Assembly: GCA_013416795.1 (NCBI GenBank)
Contig: RQSC01000308.1
Span: 37,884-101,883, forward strand
Reading direction: 5' to 3'
Length of the DNA stretch: 64,000 bases
Source: Prasinococcaceae sp. CCMP 1430
Lineage: Eukaryota; Plantae; Prasinodermophyta
Under the pieces are notes generated by a model. That model saw nothing but the letters and a program-made list of their open reading frames with translations, ran no database searches and was not told the origin of the DNA. Of this stretch, positions 21,507-33,600 are shown piece after piece; the first letter of the stretch is position 1, and the number at the start of each line of letters is the position of its first letter. The translations under genes and the position numbers were made by a program.

Positions 21507-22899
21507 CGCGCGGGCGCGAGGCTCCGTTTCTTCCCCGCCGCCACCCGCCGCCGCCCCTGGGAGGGGGCGGTGGTCCCTGGGGTGGGCGAGCGCGCCCCGC
21601 GGCCGAGCGCGCGCTCTGTGGCGGCGGGCATTTTGCGCGCCAACAGCAGTGACCGCGCCGCTCTTTGTACCGCGCCGCCGGCCTCCCAATTCGCGGCCTG
21701 AAATTTCGTCCGCGGCGCGGGCGCGACGCGCACCCCGCGCGTCCAAAAAAAAAACGCCCCTCCGTCGCGCACTCCGGCCGGTCGCGGGGCGGCTGTTGGC
21801 GTTGGCACTTCCGCGCGGCTGGCTCGAAAGCCTCCATCGACCGATCGGTGTCAGCCCGTCCCTCAGCCAGGAGTTCAAAACGCACTCAATCAAACGGAAG
21901 CATCGCCAAAGGCCAAAACTCCCCACGAGTGAGTTCCGAAGCCGAACCAGATCCAGCCGGCGCCCGCGCCGCGCGCCGCGCGCGCCGGGGTCGACGCTGG
22001 ACCCGGGCGTAGATCCGCCTGGCGGGGGACACGACACCCATAATCGATCGATCAATCTCAATCAGCCGACACCAATCGAATGGCCGAAGAGCACAACCGC
22101 GCTCGCACAGCACCAGCCAACAAACAAATGACCCGTCACTATCAATCCAAGCTCGCGGAAAGTGTCTATGAGTAGCGCGGGTAAAACTGGGCGCCCTGGC
22201 GAAGCGGCGCGCGCTGGAACGATTTTTAGCCGGGCGTACATCCGCGTGGCGAGGCGAACGATTTTTTTGGAGACCTCTGCACGGTAAATCGCGACCATTG
22301 GCAGGGTGGCGATATCTCTCGCCGGCGCGGCGCGCGCGCGCGCGCATGCGAAGAGACCTGCGGCGGTGGGTTTTGATGGGGAGATCTGATCTCCGGGCCG
22401 CGGCCGCGCGGCTGCTGCGGCCGCTGCGGGGCGGCGGCGGGCCAGAGCGCGAGTGCCGCGCGCGCCGGGGCCGGCGAGCGCGCCGGGCGCGAGCCCCCAA
22501 TGCGCGCGTCGCAGGCAGCTGCTGCAGTCTTCAAGAAGACCGGCGGGCTCGTGTGGAAGGTGCGCCCCACGCGCGTGCGCGCAGGCGCGCGCTCCGGCGC
22601 GTAGGGCCAGCGGGTGGTGGCGGTGGCGGCGGTGCGCGCACGTGAGGCACCCGCGCCCCGGGACTCAAGAGCGGCCACGCTAACGCGCCCTTTTGCGCCT
22701 CTCGCGCGCACGCGCGCTCGCAGACCATCCCGAACACGCAGACGCGCAAGGCGAATCGCCGCCGCGCCATCACTGAGACGAACGAAGTGCGCCGGCGGTG
22801 CGGCGAGGCGCTCAAGAGCTGGTGGGCGGCGCAGCAGACGGCCTCGCCAGGCGCGGCGGCCAGCGCCGCGGCTGCCACCCCAAAGCCGCGGTAGTGCCG

Positions 22900-23000
22900 A
22901 TGGCGCCACGCGTGGCATCAGCGACGCGGGCAGTGGGGCGGGCGCGGCTGGCACGTGATGTTGGGCGAGCGCAGCGGGCGGCGGCCGCTGCGCGGGATGG

Positions 23001-23031
<31 letters not shown>

Positions 23032-24000
23032 CCATGGTGGCAACAATACGCGGCCAAGGGCGCGCGCGACGCTAAGCCGAAGCGTGTGCAGTTCGGTGTT
23101 GGTGGCCGCGCCCGCGCGAAGGCAGCGCGGCCGGAGGGAGGGAAGCCGCTGAGCGAGTACATGTCCCTTAGCTTCGACGACTACAACCTGCTCGATCCCG
23201 AGCTGATCTCGCGCGTGGACCTTTCCGAGCCGCTGGCATCCGATGCCGAGGAGGCTGCCATGTTCCGCTTCACGCTGCCGCTGGATACGCTCGTCCAGAT
23301 GCCATGCAGGCCCGAGATGGACGTGCTTGCGGAGCGGCTGTGTGATGAGAAGGGCCTGCGATTGTCGTGCCTTCGCGCGACCATCACCGGTGATGTGGCG
23401 CCCCTTGCGGAGCTACCGGCGCCCGCCGTCGAGGATGAAGAGCGCGGTGGCGGGCCGGTCGACGCCATCACCCCAGGCGAGACGGCCACGGTGGAATCCG
23501 CGGGCGCGAAAGCAGCCGGAGCTGACGAGAAGACCGACTCGACGCCGGGTGGCCGAGGTGCGGAGAGCAAGCTCGAGGTCTGGCAGCCACCCGATAGCGG
23601 CGAGTCGGATGGCGAGCAAGCTCCCGGGAGCGAAGCGGCGCCGGGAAGGATGTCCGACCCCGTCCTGCGCAGGCGCATCGCAGACTTTGACGAGGCGTTC
23701 GAGCTGGATTGGTCGGTGCACATCGAGTGGGGCGAGAGCCACCTTCGAAGCAGGCTCAGATCGAGCTGCGCCGTGCTCGTGCCCCCGCCCTTCTCGGCGC
23801 CGCCGCGGCCGCTCATCGGCGGCGCGCTCACGGCAGCCGGCCGCACCGTGGTTGGCATCCTGCTTCCGCGCGTGCTGCAGGAGGTCGCGCGCGACTACCA
23901 GCGCTGGGCGCTGGGCGGCGAGCGCGTAGCGCGCAGCGGCGCGCTCACCGAAAGCGAGATGCTGCAGCAGAACTCGCAGCTCAGCAAGCCCGGCCGGTAA
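22900..24000 (+). CDS. DUF1997 (SRPBCC/START-like) plastid protein
   Basis: Transit-like N-terminus; LSEYMSLSFDDYNLLDPELISR, FRFTLP, GILLPRVLQEVARDYQRWA. Confidence 0.7.
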
Positions 24001-24086
24001 CGATTTTCCACCCATGTTCTCCCACGCAGCAGCCACCACCCTTTCAAAGCATCCCCACATTAACTTACACTGGGCGCCTCGCTGCC

Positions 24087-25481
24087 TCATGCCGAAACTG
24101 CCTCCGCTGCGGCGTCCTCGAGTATGCGGTTGGCCGTGATGGCCGCGCTCATGAGCACGAGCGGCACGCCGTTGCCTGGCCGAGTGGACGCGCCGACGAA
24201 GTACAGCCCATGCACGTCCTCGTCGGCGATGGGCCCATTCTCCGGCCGGAAGTACGCGAGCTGCGGCAGGCCGTGCGCCAGGCCGAACGCGGCGCCGTAC
24301 TTGAGGTTGTACATCTTTTCCCACACGGCCGGCGTGTACACGAACTCGTTGGCGATGGCGTCGCGCACGCTCACGTCCTCGCCGCCGCCCACCGGCGTCA
24401 CTCTGACGCCTGCCTCGTCCAGCCGGCGCAGGATGGCCTCGCGCCCACTCTCGACCATCGCGTCCCAGTCCACCTTGCCCGCGGCGGTGCCGTTGCCCGC
24501 CACCTCCTGCGCGTTGCCCACGGGCAGCAGCACCATCACACTCTCGCAGCCCTCCGGCGCGCACGTCTCGTCTGTGTGGGCGGGCTTGTGCACGTAGAAG
24601 TTGGGCTTCGGGCACCTGCCGCTGGCGGCAATGTCACCCGCCTGCGTGGCGCGCTGCCACGCCTCCTTGGGGTCGTCGCTCAGGAAGATCGAGTGGTGCA
24701 GCAGCTCGCTGCACTTGCCACTCACACTCCAGTTGAATGAGATGACGCCCGCGCTGTACTCCTTGCGCTCCAGCTCAGCGCTGCGCTGCCGCGCGAGTTC
24801 GCCCTCGACGAGGTCGTCGTACACGTAAGGAACGTCCGGGTTGGCCACCACCACGTCGGCCGCCACGAAGTCACCAGACTCGAGCTCGACCCCCTTGGCT
24901 GCGCCGCCCTCCACCACCACGCGCTTCACCGGCGCGCTGGTGCGAATCTCCACCCCCGCCTTGCGCGCTGCGTCCGCGAGCCCGTCGCGCATGCGCTGGA
25001 AGCCGCCGACAGGATACCACACTCCGTCGGTGAGCTCGGTGCCCGCGAGCAGCGAGAACGCGCCAGGAGCGTTGTAGGGCGAGAGGCCCACGTACAGATC
25101 CTGGAAGGTGAACAGCGAGCGCAGCTTCTCGCTCTTGAAGAAGGCGCGCAGCGCGAGGTCGTGCGGCAGCACGAGCTGCCACGGCGGCACCTTCGCGAGC
25201 AGCGGCGCGGCGATGGACGGGTCGGCCATCGCCTGCAGCGACTTCATGTCATTCTCGATGATGCCGCCGCCGATCTGGAACATGGCGCGCGCCTTCGCCA
25301 GCCACTCGAGGTACGCGAGCCCCGCACCGGGCTCGACGTCATCGAGCTGCTTGCTCATCTCATTGACGTCATACTTGAGGTCGAGCGCGTCGCCGTCGCC
25401 GAAGAACACGCGGTACGCCGGATCAACCTTGCGCAGCTCGGTGGGAAGGTCCATGCCAAGCGCCTCGAAGGCCTCCTCGTA
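24087..25481 (-). CDS. crtI: CrtI-type phytoene/carotenoid desaturase; N-terminal FAD-binding exon(s) missing, likely lost at the n at 25774
   Basis: VDPAYRVFFGDG, FTFQDLYVGLSPYNAPGAFSLL, GVWYPVGGF, LYFVGASTRPGNGVPLVLMSA. Acceptor CCCCGCAG|TAC at 25481 with CTGAC at 25535-25531. No GxGxxG motif in the visible sequence. Confidence 0.8.
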   Translation of the reverse strand, partial: YEEAFEALGMDLPTELRKVDPAYRVFFGDGDALDLKYDVNEMSKQLDDVEPGAGLAYLEWLAKARAMFQIGGGIIENDMKSLQAMADPSIAAPLLAKVPPWQLVLPHDLALRAFFKSEKLRSLFTFQDLYVGLSPYNAPGAFSLLAGTELTDGVWYPVGGFQRMRDGLADAARKAGVEIRTSAPVKRVVVEGGAAKGVELESGDFVAADVVVANPDVPYVYDDLVEGELARQRSAELERKEYSAGVISFNWSVSGKCSELLHHSIFLSDDPKEAWQRATQAGDIAASGRCPKPNFYVHKPAHTDETCAPEGCESVMVLLPVGNAQEVAGNGTAAGKVDWDAMVESGREAILRRLDEAGVRVTPVGGGEDVSVRDAIANEFVYTPAVWEKMYNLKYGAAFGLAHGLPQLAYFRPENGPIADEDVHGLYFVGASTRPGNGVPLVLMSAAITANRILEDAAAEAVSA

Positions 25482-25774
25482 CTGCGGGGCAGGCGGGCCA
25501 CGAGGGTGATGCGCATGGGGGCGCGCGCGCGTCAGCCCGCGCACGAGAAGTGCGCTCACAGCGAAGTGCTGCTCTGCGTGCGCGCGTCGTCGCGCGCGCA
25601 GGATCGGCCCGCGCCCCCGAGCGCCATGCGCGCGAGCTCCCGCGCAGAGGCTGGGCGCGGAGCGAGGGCCGCCGGCCCAGTCTCGCTCGCCCCGCTCCCC
25701 CTGCCAGCGGGACCCCGCCTGTGCGCATCGCCCGCGCACCCGGCGCGCCGCGAGCTTCCGCGCGGCGCCGCGCN

Positions 25775-26680
25775 TCGTGTACACGAGGAAGCTATTTGCG
25801 TGAGCGACCATGCCCTTGCCACACCCCTTTTGATTCGGCCCGCAGGTGCAAGAGCTGCTCACAGAGGCATTGCCCGGCAGGCAAGGCGGTCGAAAGTGCC
25901 CGTTGCGCGCAAATACCAGCGCCTCCTCGAACCGACGAGTATAGCCGTCGGGGTGAGATGGCAACACCTTGGCTTCGTGGTTCAAGAACTCCACCTTTTC
26001 TGTATCAGGACGCTGCGCAATCACCGCCGCCAGCACCGTCGGCAGAGCGAATGCTGCCGACGCAGGGGTGTCAACGGGCCTCGGCAGGGCGTCTGCGGCC
26101 AGTGGCTCGGCGGCTGACGCTCTGCTCACGCCTGTAGCCACGAGTGGGTCGCCACCTTGCATCGTCCTCGCGAGGACGCGCGTGTCGACGCGCGGCCACG
26201 TCCTGTTCATGCCGCCGCGCGAGTAAGGAAACGCCGGGTAAAATAGCTCGTCTACGTCGATGTGCAGGATCCATTTCATGCCGAGTTCGCGTGCGGTGTG
26301 AATGGCTTCCTCTGAGTTGAAGGACTGCTTGATCATCAGCCTAAAATTGCCGGGCTGTGATCCAAACTCGGGCATCCACTTGGCGAGCATTGACTGAGTG
26401 AAGTTCACGGAATTTGGGGGAAACACTGGTCCCCGCCCCCCCACGCGCTCCCAGAGCATCCCAGACTCGTCCACGCGCGACCAGTGCTCGTCTGCAAAGG
26501 TTTTCAGATTGGCCTGCCTCCACTGCGTTTCGCTGCTACTCAGATCCATGGGCACCCACTTGCCGCCGTTGGAGCCGTGCCGGTCTTCGAAGGCGAGGTC
26601 CAGCAAATGCACGCAGCTGCTGATGTTCCTCAACAATCGTTTCGCTGCCTCCGACCGACGCACCGACCACCCATCCATCG
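25775..26680 (-). CDS. KOBITO1/ELD1-like putative glycosyltransferase; truncated at the n at 25774, start uncertain
   Basis: LMIKQSFNSEEAIHTARELGMKWILHIDVDELFYP, VEFLNHEA, FEEALVFARN, NSFLVYT follow the KOB1-family motif order. The sequence breaks just where the NGKS motif is expected. Confidence 0.65.
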
Positions 26681-27949
26681 CCCGACCGAACCCATCAACG
26701 CCAAGGCGGAGCGACGCCGGTCGCAAACCCTCGCGCCGAGCGACCGCAAAGGGCGCGCCGAGGGCGAAGCTGCAGCGCGGATTGGCGACGTGGCCGCGCG
26801 TGGGGCCGCCTCGCCTCTCCCGCGAGTGGGCGGCGCTCGCTGGCGCTGCTGCCGGGCGCTGCACACGCCGGCCGCCCGGCCGGAGCTCACCGGCCTGAGC
26901 AGAAGAGAGAGACGCTCTCGTATGCTTGGCCGCGTCCGCGCGGACGCTGGCTGGCTGTCGCCACGCGCCGACCGAGTGCTGCCGCTGACTGAGCCGGCAC
27001 AACCCGCGGCGCGCGCCTCCTCTCGCCCCCAAGCAGCCCCATCCATCACCGCCACACCACACCACGGACCCCCGGCGGCCGGCGACGAGCGAGGGTGCGC
27101 CGCGGATGGAGCGACGGCTCCATCCATGTTCCCCCGGCGCCCAGCCCCCTCATGATGCCATGATGCCAACCACGCCACACCAACCTACCTCCATGCAGTC
27201 CGCTCCAGCCAGCCGGTGCAGCTTGCGCTCCACGCTCCGCGCATTCATCTCCGCAGGCCCTGAATTTGATCCCTCGCAGCGAGCGCGCGAGCGCGGCCGG
27301 CCGGCCCGTCGGCGCCGCGCGGCCCCTGCCTGCACCCCGGCTGGGAGGCCGTGGCTAGCTGCCCCACCCCGGGCGGGCGCACACGCACACCCGCTCCCGC
27401 TCCCGCGCCCGCACCGAGATCTCGCCGGCCCGAACGCAGATCCCATTCGATTTGATGGCGCTCGCCCGCGAGCAGATCGCGCGCGAGCCGATAAGATTAA
27501 GGCCGCGCGCGATCTGCCCGGCGCCCTGCCCAGCGCGCCTTCAGGTTGGGGACGCCGCGTGTTTGAGGTTTTTAATGTTTGAGGTTTGGTAACGCGACCC
27601 GAACGTGTTTTGGATGGGAATGGAGTTCGGAATGGGAGGATGGATTGGACCCTCTTTTGGGGAAGGACGGGGAGGGTCCGCGGTCGGCGCCGCGCGGAGG
27701 GGGGGGGCGAGGGCTTGCGCCCACGCGCGCAGGCCGCGCGCGCGCGTGCGGGCGCAGCAGGGCGGGGTGGGGGGGGTGGGTACATAGGGGAGAGGGGGAG
27801 GGGGTGAGGAGGGGACGTGTGTGTGAGTGTGTGTGGGGGATTGGAGGTGGCGCGCGGCTGGTGCCACACGTGCGACCTCGCTCGCCTGCCCCGCTCGCCT
27901 CCTCCCCTCCCCTCTCCCGCCCCGCCCCCCCCCCATCGAGCTCGTGCCG

Positions 27950-29390
27950 ATGGCGTCGATGGCGTGCGCGCCCGCGCGCGCGGCCGCCGGCACGCGGCGC
28001 GCCGGCCCGCGCGGGTCGACACGACGCGCGCCGAGGCGCGCGCGACGCCCGCTCGCTGCATCTCCGCCGCGCGAGCTGACACCCCGTTCCCCGTCTCCCC
28101 CCCGTCGCTGCCCTCCCCTTTCATCCGGATGTGCCTGCGCAGGCGATGGGCATCATGCCCGGTGGCGTGTCGTCGCCCGTGCGCGCGTTCAAGTCGGTGG
28201 GCGGCGGCCCGGTGGTCTTCGACAAGGTGAAGGGCTCGTACTCGTGGGACGTGGATGGCAACAAGTACATCGACTACGTCGGCTCGTGGGGCCCCGCGAT
28301 CTGCGGCGCGGCGCGCGACGAGGTGAACGACGCGCTCGTTGAGCAGCTCGCCAAGGGCACGTCCTTCGGCGCGCCGTGCGCCCTCGAGAACGAGCTGGCG
28401 AAGATGGTGATCGACGCCGTGCCCTGCGCCGAGATGGTGCGCTTCTGCAACTCCGGCACGGAGGCGTGCATGGGCGTGCTGCGCCTCATGCGCGCGCACA
28501 CCGGCCGCGAGAAGATCATCAAGTTCGACGGCTGCTACCACGGCCACGCCGACCCCTTCCTCGTGCAGGCCGGCTCGGGCGTCGCCACGCTCGGCCTGCC
28601 GGACTCGCCGGGCACGCCGGGCGGCTCCACCAAGGACACGCTGGTGGCCACCTACAACGACCTCGACTCGGTGAAGGCCATCCTCGAGGCCAACAAGGGT
28701 GAGGTCGCCGGCATCATCCTCGAGGGCGTGGTGGGCAACTCGGGCTTCATCGTGCCCGACCAGTCCTTCCTCGAGGGCCTGCGCGCGCTGTGCGACGAGC
28801 ACGGCGCGCTCCTGTGCTTCGACGAGGTGATGACCGGCTTCCGCATCTCGTACGGCGGCGCGCAGAAGCACTTCGGCATCATGCCCGACGTGGCCACCTT
28901 CGGCAAGGTCATCGGCGGCGGTCTGCCCGTCGGCGCCTACGTCGGCCGCAAGGACATCATGGAGAACGTCGCGCCCGCGGGCCCCATGTACCAGGCGGGC
29001 ACGCTCTCGGGCAACCCGCTCGCGATGGTTGCGGGCATCGAGACCCTCAAGATCCTTCAGCAGGAGGGCTCGTACGAGCAGCTCCAGGAGCGCACCGAGC
29101 GTCTCATCAACGGCATCATCGAGGCGGGCAAGGAGAACGGCCACGCCATCACCGGTGGCTCCATCAGCGGCATGTTTGGCTTCTTCTTCCGGGACGGTCC
29201 CGTCAAGTGCTTCGCGGACGCCGCCAAGTCGGACACCGAGAAGTTCGCGAAGTGGCACCGCATGATGCTCGAGCGCGGCATCTACCTGGCGCCCTCGCAG
29301 TACGAGGCGGGCTTCGTCGGCCTGCAGCACAGCGAGGAGGACATCGACGCCACCATTGCCGCCGCCAAGGAGGTCATGGCGCTGCTCTAG
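27950..29390 (+). CDS. GSA: Glutamate-1-semialdehyde 2,1-aminomutase; main exon 28143-29390, 5' exon unresolved
   Basis: [75 protein letters not shown] and CAG acceptor before 28143; transit-like [12 protein letters not shown] from 27950. Confidence 0.96.
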
Positions 29391-29502
29391 GTCGGAGGCC
29401 CTCAGCGGCGGCCTGGGTAACGGAGGCGGCAGGCGGCTTTTTTTCCCCGAACATTAACATACGTGTAAGAAGAACGACTTTCCCCTTTTACTCGCGCGCC
29501 TC

Positions 29503-30369
29503 CTACTGCGGCGGGGGGTAGTCCTCCTTGCGCAGCAGCATGATCACGGTGTGGCACGCGACCGAGCGGTTCTCGCCGAGCGAGTCCACCTTCTCGTGCG
29601 TCTTCGCCTTGACGTTCACCAACGACACGGGCACGTTGCAGAGCGCCGCGATGTTCTCGCGAATCTGTGCCTTGACAGGGGACACCTTGGGCCGCTGCAG
29701 GATGATGGTGACGTCCATGTTGCCAACGCGGTAGCCCGCCTCGTCCATGCGGCGCACGGCCTCGCGCATGAACACGTCGGACGTCTGGCCCTTCCAGCGG
29801 GGGTCGCTGTCGGGGAAGAGCTGCCCGATGTCGGGCAGGCCGAGCGCGCCTAGCACCGCGTCGACCACGCAGTGCAGCACGACGTCGCCGTCTGAGTGCG
29901 CCTGGCAGCCGACGTCGTGCGGCAGCTTGACGCCGCCGAGCACGAGCTCGTAGCCGGGCTCGAGCCTGTGCAGGTCGAAACCGTGACCCACGCGAAAGGG
30001 CAGCGGGAGAATCTCCCAGTCGGCGCCGAACTCGCGCGCGGCTGCCTCAGACGCCGCCGCGGCGTCGGCGCTGACCGCCGCCGCCGCCGTCACCGGCCCG
30101 CCAAACGGGAGTGCATTCGCATCATCACGCCGCGCATCACGCCCGGCGATGCCGACGGCATCGTCTCTGTACCCTCGTATCTGGGGTCGGTCGCCGCGAG
30201 CGAGCACCCACTCTCGTTCCGCGCGCATGCGCTCGCGCTCCTCCGCGGCTGAGCGCCGCCGGGTGCGGTCGGCCGCCACCCACTCACCAACGGTGGTGAA
30301 CGCGTACGCTTCACGCGCTCTCCTTTCGGCGCCGTCGCGAGGGGCGGCCGTTGCCGCCAGCGCGCGCAT
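29503..30369 (-). CDS. ispF: 2-C-methyl-D-erythritol 2,4-cyclodiphosphate synthase (MEP pathway); start at 30369 or further upstream in the gap
   Basis: FRVGHGFDLHRL, AHSDGDVVLHCVVDAVLGALGLPDIGQLFPDSDP, VNVKAKTHEKVDSLGE. Confidence 0.96.
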   Translation of the reverse strand: MRALAATAAPRDGAERRAREAYAFTTVGEWVAADRTRRRSAAEERERMRAEREWVLARGDRPQIRGYRDDAVGIAGRDARRDDANALPFGGPVTAAAAVSADAAAASEAAAREFGADWEILPLPFRVGHGFDLHRLEPGYELVLGGVKLPHDVGCQAHSDGDVVLHCVVDAVLGALGLPDIGQLFPDSDPRWKGQTSDVFMREAVRRMDEAGYRVGNMDVTIILQRPKVSPVKAQIRENIAALCNVPVSLVNVKAKTHEKVDSLGENRSVACHTVIMLLRKEDYPPPQ

Positions 30370-30676
30370 GTGGCGCGCAGTGCGCAATCGACACGCTGCG
30401 CGCCATCGGGACGCCGCCCGAGGCCGCGCTCGCGCGGGCCGGCGGGCCGCATCGTTGCCGTGTGCGAGTGCTCGCGAGCGCCGCCCAGGCTGCCTCCCGA
30501 GGGCAAAAGGGAGACGCGCGCACCGCGCGTCGAGCGTCCCCGCGGCGNNNNNNNNNNNNNNNNNNNNNNNNNNNNNNNNNNNNNNNNNNNNNNNNNNNNN
30601 NNNNNNNNNNNNNNNNNNNNNNNNNNNNNNNNCGGCGCGCGAGGCGGCCGCGCTGAGCGCGTCGGCCGAGGGGCGG

Positions 30677-33600
30677 ATGCTGAGCGCGAAGCAGCTCACC
30701 AGGGTGCGGCGCAGGGAGGCGCAGCGGCGCAGGGAGGCGGCCGAGGATGCGGAGCGCGAGGCGATGCTCGCGGCGCTCGAGCAGCGCCGCGAGCGCCAGC
30801 GCCGCGAGCGTGGCTTCATATACGCGCAGCGCGAGCAGAAGCCTGCCGAGAGACGTGAGCTCGCGCACCGGGCGCCCGCGACGATGCCGTGCGCGCGCAA
30901 GGCCGGCGATGGGGGATACGCCAAGGGCGCGCAGGTGCCGAGGCCGGCGTCCGCACTGCCGCTAAGTGAACTCAATGCGCCGCCGCAGTCGAGGCAGCGG
31001 CGCGCAAAGCTGCAGCCGCAGTCGGCACAGCAGCAGCAGCAGCAAACCCAGCAGCAGGAGCAGCAGCAGCAAGATCAGTGGCGGCAGCGACAGCAGCGCG
31101 AGCAGCGACAGCAGCAGGAGGGGCAGAGTGCACTCAAACAGCTTATCTCGCAGCGCAGGCAGCAGATGCGAGAGGAGAGGGCGCAGCAGGTGGATTTGGC
31201 GAGGGAGGAGGAGGAGCGGCGACGTGCACAGGCACCGCAGCCTGCCTTCGCCGCTCTCAAGGCCGAGGCCGCTGACGGGCTGGCCAACCTGCTCAACGAG
31301 GCCCTGCCCGCCTCGGCTATGCCAGTCGAGCCAGCGCTGCCGCCAAAGTCTGAAGCACCAGCCACGATCGAGTTTCAGGCGCCTCTTCGCCGGCCGCGGC
31401 TCGGCGAGCGCATGACCGCGCCGGCGCCAGCGTCCGCACCCGCGCACGCAGCCCCGACGCAGCCCGTGCTGTGCGCATCCCCCAAGCAAAGCGGGGAGGC
31501 CGCCGAGCGCGCGGAGGAGCGGCGGCGAGAGCGCATAGCGGCCGCCGAGGCAAAAGCCGCGGCCGCCCGCGCGGAGGCGGAGCATGAGGCCGAGCTCGCG
31601 CGTGCGCAGCATGAGAAGGCGAGGGAAGCAGCCGAGCGAGCACGGCAAGTGGCCGCGCGGCGCCAAGCGCTCGAGGCGGCCACGGCCGCCGCTGAGCAGA
31701 GCGGAGTGCATCGGACAGAACTGGCGGCGGCCGTGGCGGCGGTGGACCCTGGCCCGGTCGTCGTGAAGCCGTACACCGCGCCTTCGCAGCACATCGCCTT
31801 CACTTCGGCGGCATCGGCGCCGCGATCGCTGGGGACGAAACCGCTGCAGAACACTGACGAGGAGCTCGGCGAGCGGCTGGCGCTGGCGCGCGTGGCGGCG
31901 GAGGGGGACGGAGGGGCAAAGGCCGTCGCGAGTCGCCTGGGAGGGGAATCGCACGAAGGCGGTGGAGAGGATGGGCATCGTGAGCGGGGGCAGCAGCAGG
32001 ACATCGGTGATGACGACAGCTGCGAGTCGGAGCAGAACGTGCTCGACTCATGGCGCGGCGGCGGGGCAAGGGGCCTTGAAGTGGCGATTGCCATGGCGGA
32101 GGCAGGCGGGCGCAGCGGCGACGCTGCTGACGAGGGCTTCAGCTTTTCAGCGCCGGCGCCGGAAGACAGCGAGCGGTCGCGACAGCCTCGAGTGCGCACG
32201 CCTGACCACCCCGACGCAATATCGATCAGATCCGAGGCGCCACCCCGGCCCTCCCTGAAGAGAGCAGCGGGGAATGGAACCCGCGCTGTGCAGACTACTC
32301 ATGCGCTCCCGCCGCCACCAGCAGCTGAGAAGAAGCAGAGCACAAGCATGGCTTCGGACGTGGCCCTACTTGGTGTCGAGGAGCCCGCACGCGCGGCGTC
32401 GAAGGCTGATGCGAGCAGCGCCTACGGCGCAAGTGCCACGCACGCTCGGCACTCGTCAGCGGTCGCCGTGACCGCGGCAGCGCTCGACAAGCCCATGTCG
32501 GCCTCGCCAGAAAAGAACCCACCGCTGGACCAGACACCGTCACCGGCGGGCTCCGGCTCAGGTTCAGAGGATGCATCGCCTGCGCGGCGGCTGGCGATGA
32601 CATGCGATGCTGCGACAGGCGTGGGGAGCTCCTTGCAGCCCACGCCACGCGAGGAGCCTTCCTTGCACTCGATCGCAGTGGGGAGCTCGATCGCAATGCG
32701 TAACCACTCAGTCGCCGTTGGCTGCAGCACAGCTGCATTCGCCGACCCCAAGCAGCAGTCAGTCGCAGTGGGCAAGAGCACCTCGGCGTTCGATGTACCT
32801 GCGCACTCAGTGGCGGTCGGCTGCAGCGCGGCGTTTGCCGAGCCGATGTCGCCGCCGAGGCCTGAGTTGCGGGAGCGCGGTACCGGCGTACAAATGAGCC
32901 TCGAGCAGCCCTTCGAGGACGCCGGTCCATCGCGCGAAGAGCTCGCGCGAATGGTCGCACAGCAAAGTGATGAGATCGCAGAACTGCGCCGGCTCATCAG
33001 TGCGCAGCAACAACTGCAGCAGCAGATGATGCCAGAGACCCAGGGTGCGCATGGCATGCGGGCCAGCGTGCACGCGCCGACGTTGTTGACAGCGCCGACG
33101 CCAGCACCCACGCCCGTGCCCACGTCTGGGCTGCCTGCGCCGGGTCAGCAATCGAAGCCAAGGCCGCCGCCGCTTGACGTTGGAATGGGTTCGACTGCGG
33201 TCGCGGTTGGAGTGGAAAACCTGTGCCCTGGTGCCAGCTCCCTTTACGACGACGAGTTCGCGGAGCCCTCTCTCGCAGAGATGGTGGCGCTCCCCCAGGC
33301 GCCATCAGAAGGGGCGCCCTCACATGCGCCTTCTGAGAGCTCCTTCGTCGCGCTCGGCGAAGAGGCTCCGCGCGGTGCAGAGGCCAAGTTGGTCCGCGAT
33401 GGGAGCTACGCCGCAAACGCCGCGCTGGAGCGCGCCCGCGCGCGCCGCGCGGCGGACGCAAAGAGGCAACCAAAGCAGCAGCCGCAGCGCAGTGGTGCTC
33501 AGATCACGGCAGATAGCACGGATGCGAGGCCACCGATGCAGCGCACGACCGGCGGTGACCACCACAACACCGCCCCCGTCGAGCTGGCGGAATCGCTGGC

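Noticed and set aside
24087-27065. 992-aa apparent glycosyltransferase-CrtI fusion ORF
   Set aside because: The frame crosses a single n at 25774. The GT stops right before its expected NGKS motif, CrtI lacks its FAD-binding N-terminus, and the intervening sequence ends in a CTGAC...CAG acceptor. Two genes joined across an under-sized gap is more likely; gap closure would settle it.
27150-29330. 726-aa antisense ORF over GSA, and similar long antisense ORFs elsewhere
   Set aside because: No motifs; stop-poor reverse frames are expected with this codon bias.
24087-30369. Plastid pigment gene cluster (crtI, GSA, ispF)
   Set aside because: Different pathways, interleaved with an unrelated gene; plastid-targeted genes are common enough for chance proximity.
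29503-30975. IspF apparently fused to an upstream segment across the gap
   Set aside because: N read-through; the far side is the antisense strand of the divergent coiled-coil gene.
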